In this document: piece after piece, positions 35,559 through 36,759 of the stretch
How the letters are laid out: the number at the start of each line of letters is the position of its first letter
Position numbering within the stretch: the stretch's first letter is position 1
IMG/VR virus record: IMGVR_UViG_3300010366_000028
Location: 1 to 36,759 of that record
Origin: a virus
Lineage: Duplodnaviria; Caudoviricetes
Direction: 5' to 3' (one strand)
DNA length: 36,759 nucleotides
Translations under genes and position numbers: made by a program
Notes under the pieces: model-generated
Database searches by the model: none
Told to the model about the DNA's origin: nothing
Seen by the model: the letters and a program-made list of their open reading frames with translations, nothing else

Positions 35559-36146
35559 TTACACCGCGTAGATCTGGTTGATGTAGAGCCAGTTCACGCC
35601 GTCGAATTGGAAGTAATAGGCGATGACCGAGGTGGGCGTCGCGCCGGAGACGACCAGGTTGCCACCCGCCAGACCGCCGTTGGCAATCGTCATCGAGAAC
35701 GCCGTGGCATCGCGACGCACGATTTCGACCACGGTTCCCGCGGGAGGCGATCCCGTCGTGCCGAGGGTGATGACGTGGTTGCCCGTGTATGTGGTGGCGG
35801 GCAGCGTGTAGCGGCTGGCCTTGTCGGTGCCCGGGTTGATGGTGACGTCGGCGTTGGTGATGGCGGTGCCAGAGACCGGCGTGGTCGCGTTGCTGGAGCC
35901 GCCTCCTCCGCCTCCTCCGCCCAGGACCCAGCGGAGGCTCGGGCAGCCGAGCACCGTCTCGACGTTGGTGTGGTCGATGGTGGCCGTCGAGACCTGGAGG
36001 CCCCAGGAATTGGCCGCGGTGTCGACTACCGTGATGCCGACCGGGAAACCCGTGGGGTCCAGCGTGGCGAGGTCGATGACCTGCACCTTGAGGACCTGAG
36101 GGACTTGGGCGTTGGCGTTGCCCGCAACGACAGGGATCAGGGCCAC
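35559..36146 (-). CDS. Putative structural (tail-associated) protein, 195 aa
   Basis: GTG 36146 after AAGGAG; poly-Gly linker; ...YFQFDGVNW ending typical of small tail-fibre/spike modules. Confidence 0.65.
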   Translation of the reverse strand: MALIPVVAGNANAQVPQVLKVQVIDLATLDPTGFPVGITVVDTAANSWGLQVSTATIDHTNVETVLGCPSLRWVLGGGGGGGGSSNATTPVSGTAITNADVTINPGTDKASRYTLPATTYTGNHVITLGTTGSPPAGTVVEIVRRDATAFSMTIANGGLAGGNLVVSGATPTSVIAYYFQFDGVNWLYINQIYAV

Positions 36147-36147
36147 G

Positions 36148-36513
36148 TTAGATCTCCTTCCCGACGGCAATGACCGTCAGGGTCCCGGTCCCCGACGTGA
36201 AGGTGTAACCGACGCGCAACCAGTCATAGGGGTACTGATTGAAGTTCACGCCGAACGTCGCGCCCGCGGAGCCCGCCGGGTTGGTTGGCGCGGTGCCAGT
36301 GGGCGTGACCGTGAACCAGTTGCCGGAGCTGGCGGTGCCGTCGGCTGAGTCGTTGGAGCCGAAGAACGTCCAGCTCCCGGTCGCCGCGGTCCCGGTGAAC
36401 GTGTATTCGAGACCGATGTTGTCGACCGCGCGGGTGTAAAACCCATTCGAGCTGATGTTGGCGGTCATCGCGACCGCATCAACCATCCGAAATCGAAGTC
36501 GTACGCTGGCCAT
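36148..36513 (-). CDS. Putative structural protein, 121 aa
   Basis: ATG 36513 with GAGGAGG RBS; GSND....NWF...WLRV.YT..SGTGTL beta-sandwich pattern. Confidence 0.7.
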   Translation of the reverse strand: MASVRLRFRMVDAVAMTANISSNGFYTRAVDNIGLEYTFTGTAATGSWTFFGSNDSADGTASSGNWFTVTPTGTAPTNPAGSAGATFGVNFNQYPYDWLRVGYTFTSGTGTLTVIAVGKEI

Positions 36514-36556
36514 CGCCCCTCCTCGGGTTTGCCGTTTCTGAGCGGCTGCTGGCCAC

Positions 36557-36584
36557 GTGCCCGGTGTTACGTAACGGGCGGCAC
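36557..36584. promoter_or_regulatory. Back-to-back late motif with two exact copies (bidirectional promoter candidate)
   Basis: GTGCC-CGGT-GTTACGTAAC-GGGC-GGCAC contains an exact CGTAAC-N4-GGCAC on each strand, between divergent genes. Confidence 0.75.
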
Positions 36585-36589
36585 TCGGT

Positions 36590-36759
36590 GTGTTTCCACC
36601 GACGTCTCCAGCTGGCGATAGCGGCCAGGACCTGGAGGCCGAGGGCGCGCTGGCGGCGATCGGGCTTGAGCCCTGGTTGCGCGCCACGCCCAAGTTCGGC
36701 GTCCAGCAGCGCGCGCGCTCGTCGGGCATGGGCAAGCGCATCGGCTCGGACATCCTGAA
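36590..36759 (+). CDS. 5' part of the gene continuing into 1..793
   Basis: GTG 5 nt after the motif; in-frame TAA upstream at 36572; frame continuous through the terminal repeat. Confidence 0.7.
   Translation, partial: MFPPTSPAGDSGQDLEAEGALAAIGLEPWLRATPKFGVQQRARSSGMGKRIGSDIL
36637..36759. repeat. Terminal direct repeat (copy of 1-123)
   Basis: Identical sequence. Confidence 0.95.

Noticed and set aside
5813-36584. GGCAC motif as a sigma54 -24 box
   Set aside because: No TTGC -12 element at the required GG-N10-GC spacing, and start codons follow too closely.
1-36759. Genome-wide stop-codon reassignment (alternative genetic code)
   Set aside because: Conserved genes (terL, portal, capsid, int, methylase) are intact under code 11, and all three stops end genes normally.
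1-36759. Host assignment (Myxococcota-like impression from GC content and gene style)
   Set aside because: No direct evidence in the sequence; it needs CRISPR-spacer or prophage matches.

Overview
This window looks like a complete, circularly assembled, GC-rich temperate podovirus-type phage genome. Bases 1-123 are identical to 36637-36759, and one gene runs through that junction. The minus-strand virion operon runs from a small ORF through portal, scaffold, major capsid, adaptor, LamG-like protein and tail nozzle to three ejection/pilot proteins (16075 to 936). The terminase large subunit is transcribed divergently from it, and a second minus-strand structural block (36513 to 34140) ends in a lectin-like/SGNH esterase. 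The plus-strand early arm carries an SSAP, a degenerate PD-(D/E)XK nuclease, a DNA methyltransferase, xis and tyrosine integrase, XRE regulators, a SLOG protein and many small ORFs. I could not recognise a DNA replication or lysis gene. Most unusual: (1) four tRNA-like genes (33804-34133) with one invariant GCGACGG...CCGGAGT anticodon-arm scaffold and hypervariable loops containing CTA, TTA, TCA and CTA, the anticodons of all three stop codons. Four virion-gene junctions have the form stop + one codon + in-frame ATG (TAG, TAG, TGA, TAA), suggesting possible programmed read-through. (2) A compact motif CGTAAC-N4-GGCAC precedes late genes, often leaderless, and is arranged back-to-back at both divergent junctions. 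(3) A non-canonical tRNA-like RNA with a ~39-nt variable arm follows a structured ncRNA. (4) Two stand-alone HigA-antitoxin-like small proteins. All product calls are from motif recognition and synteny by eye; no searches were run.
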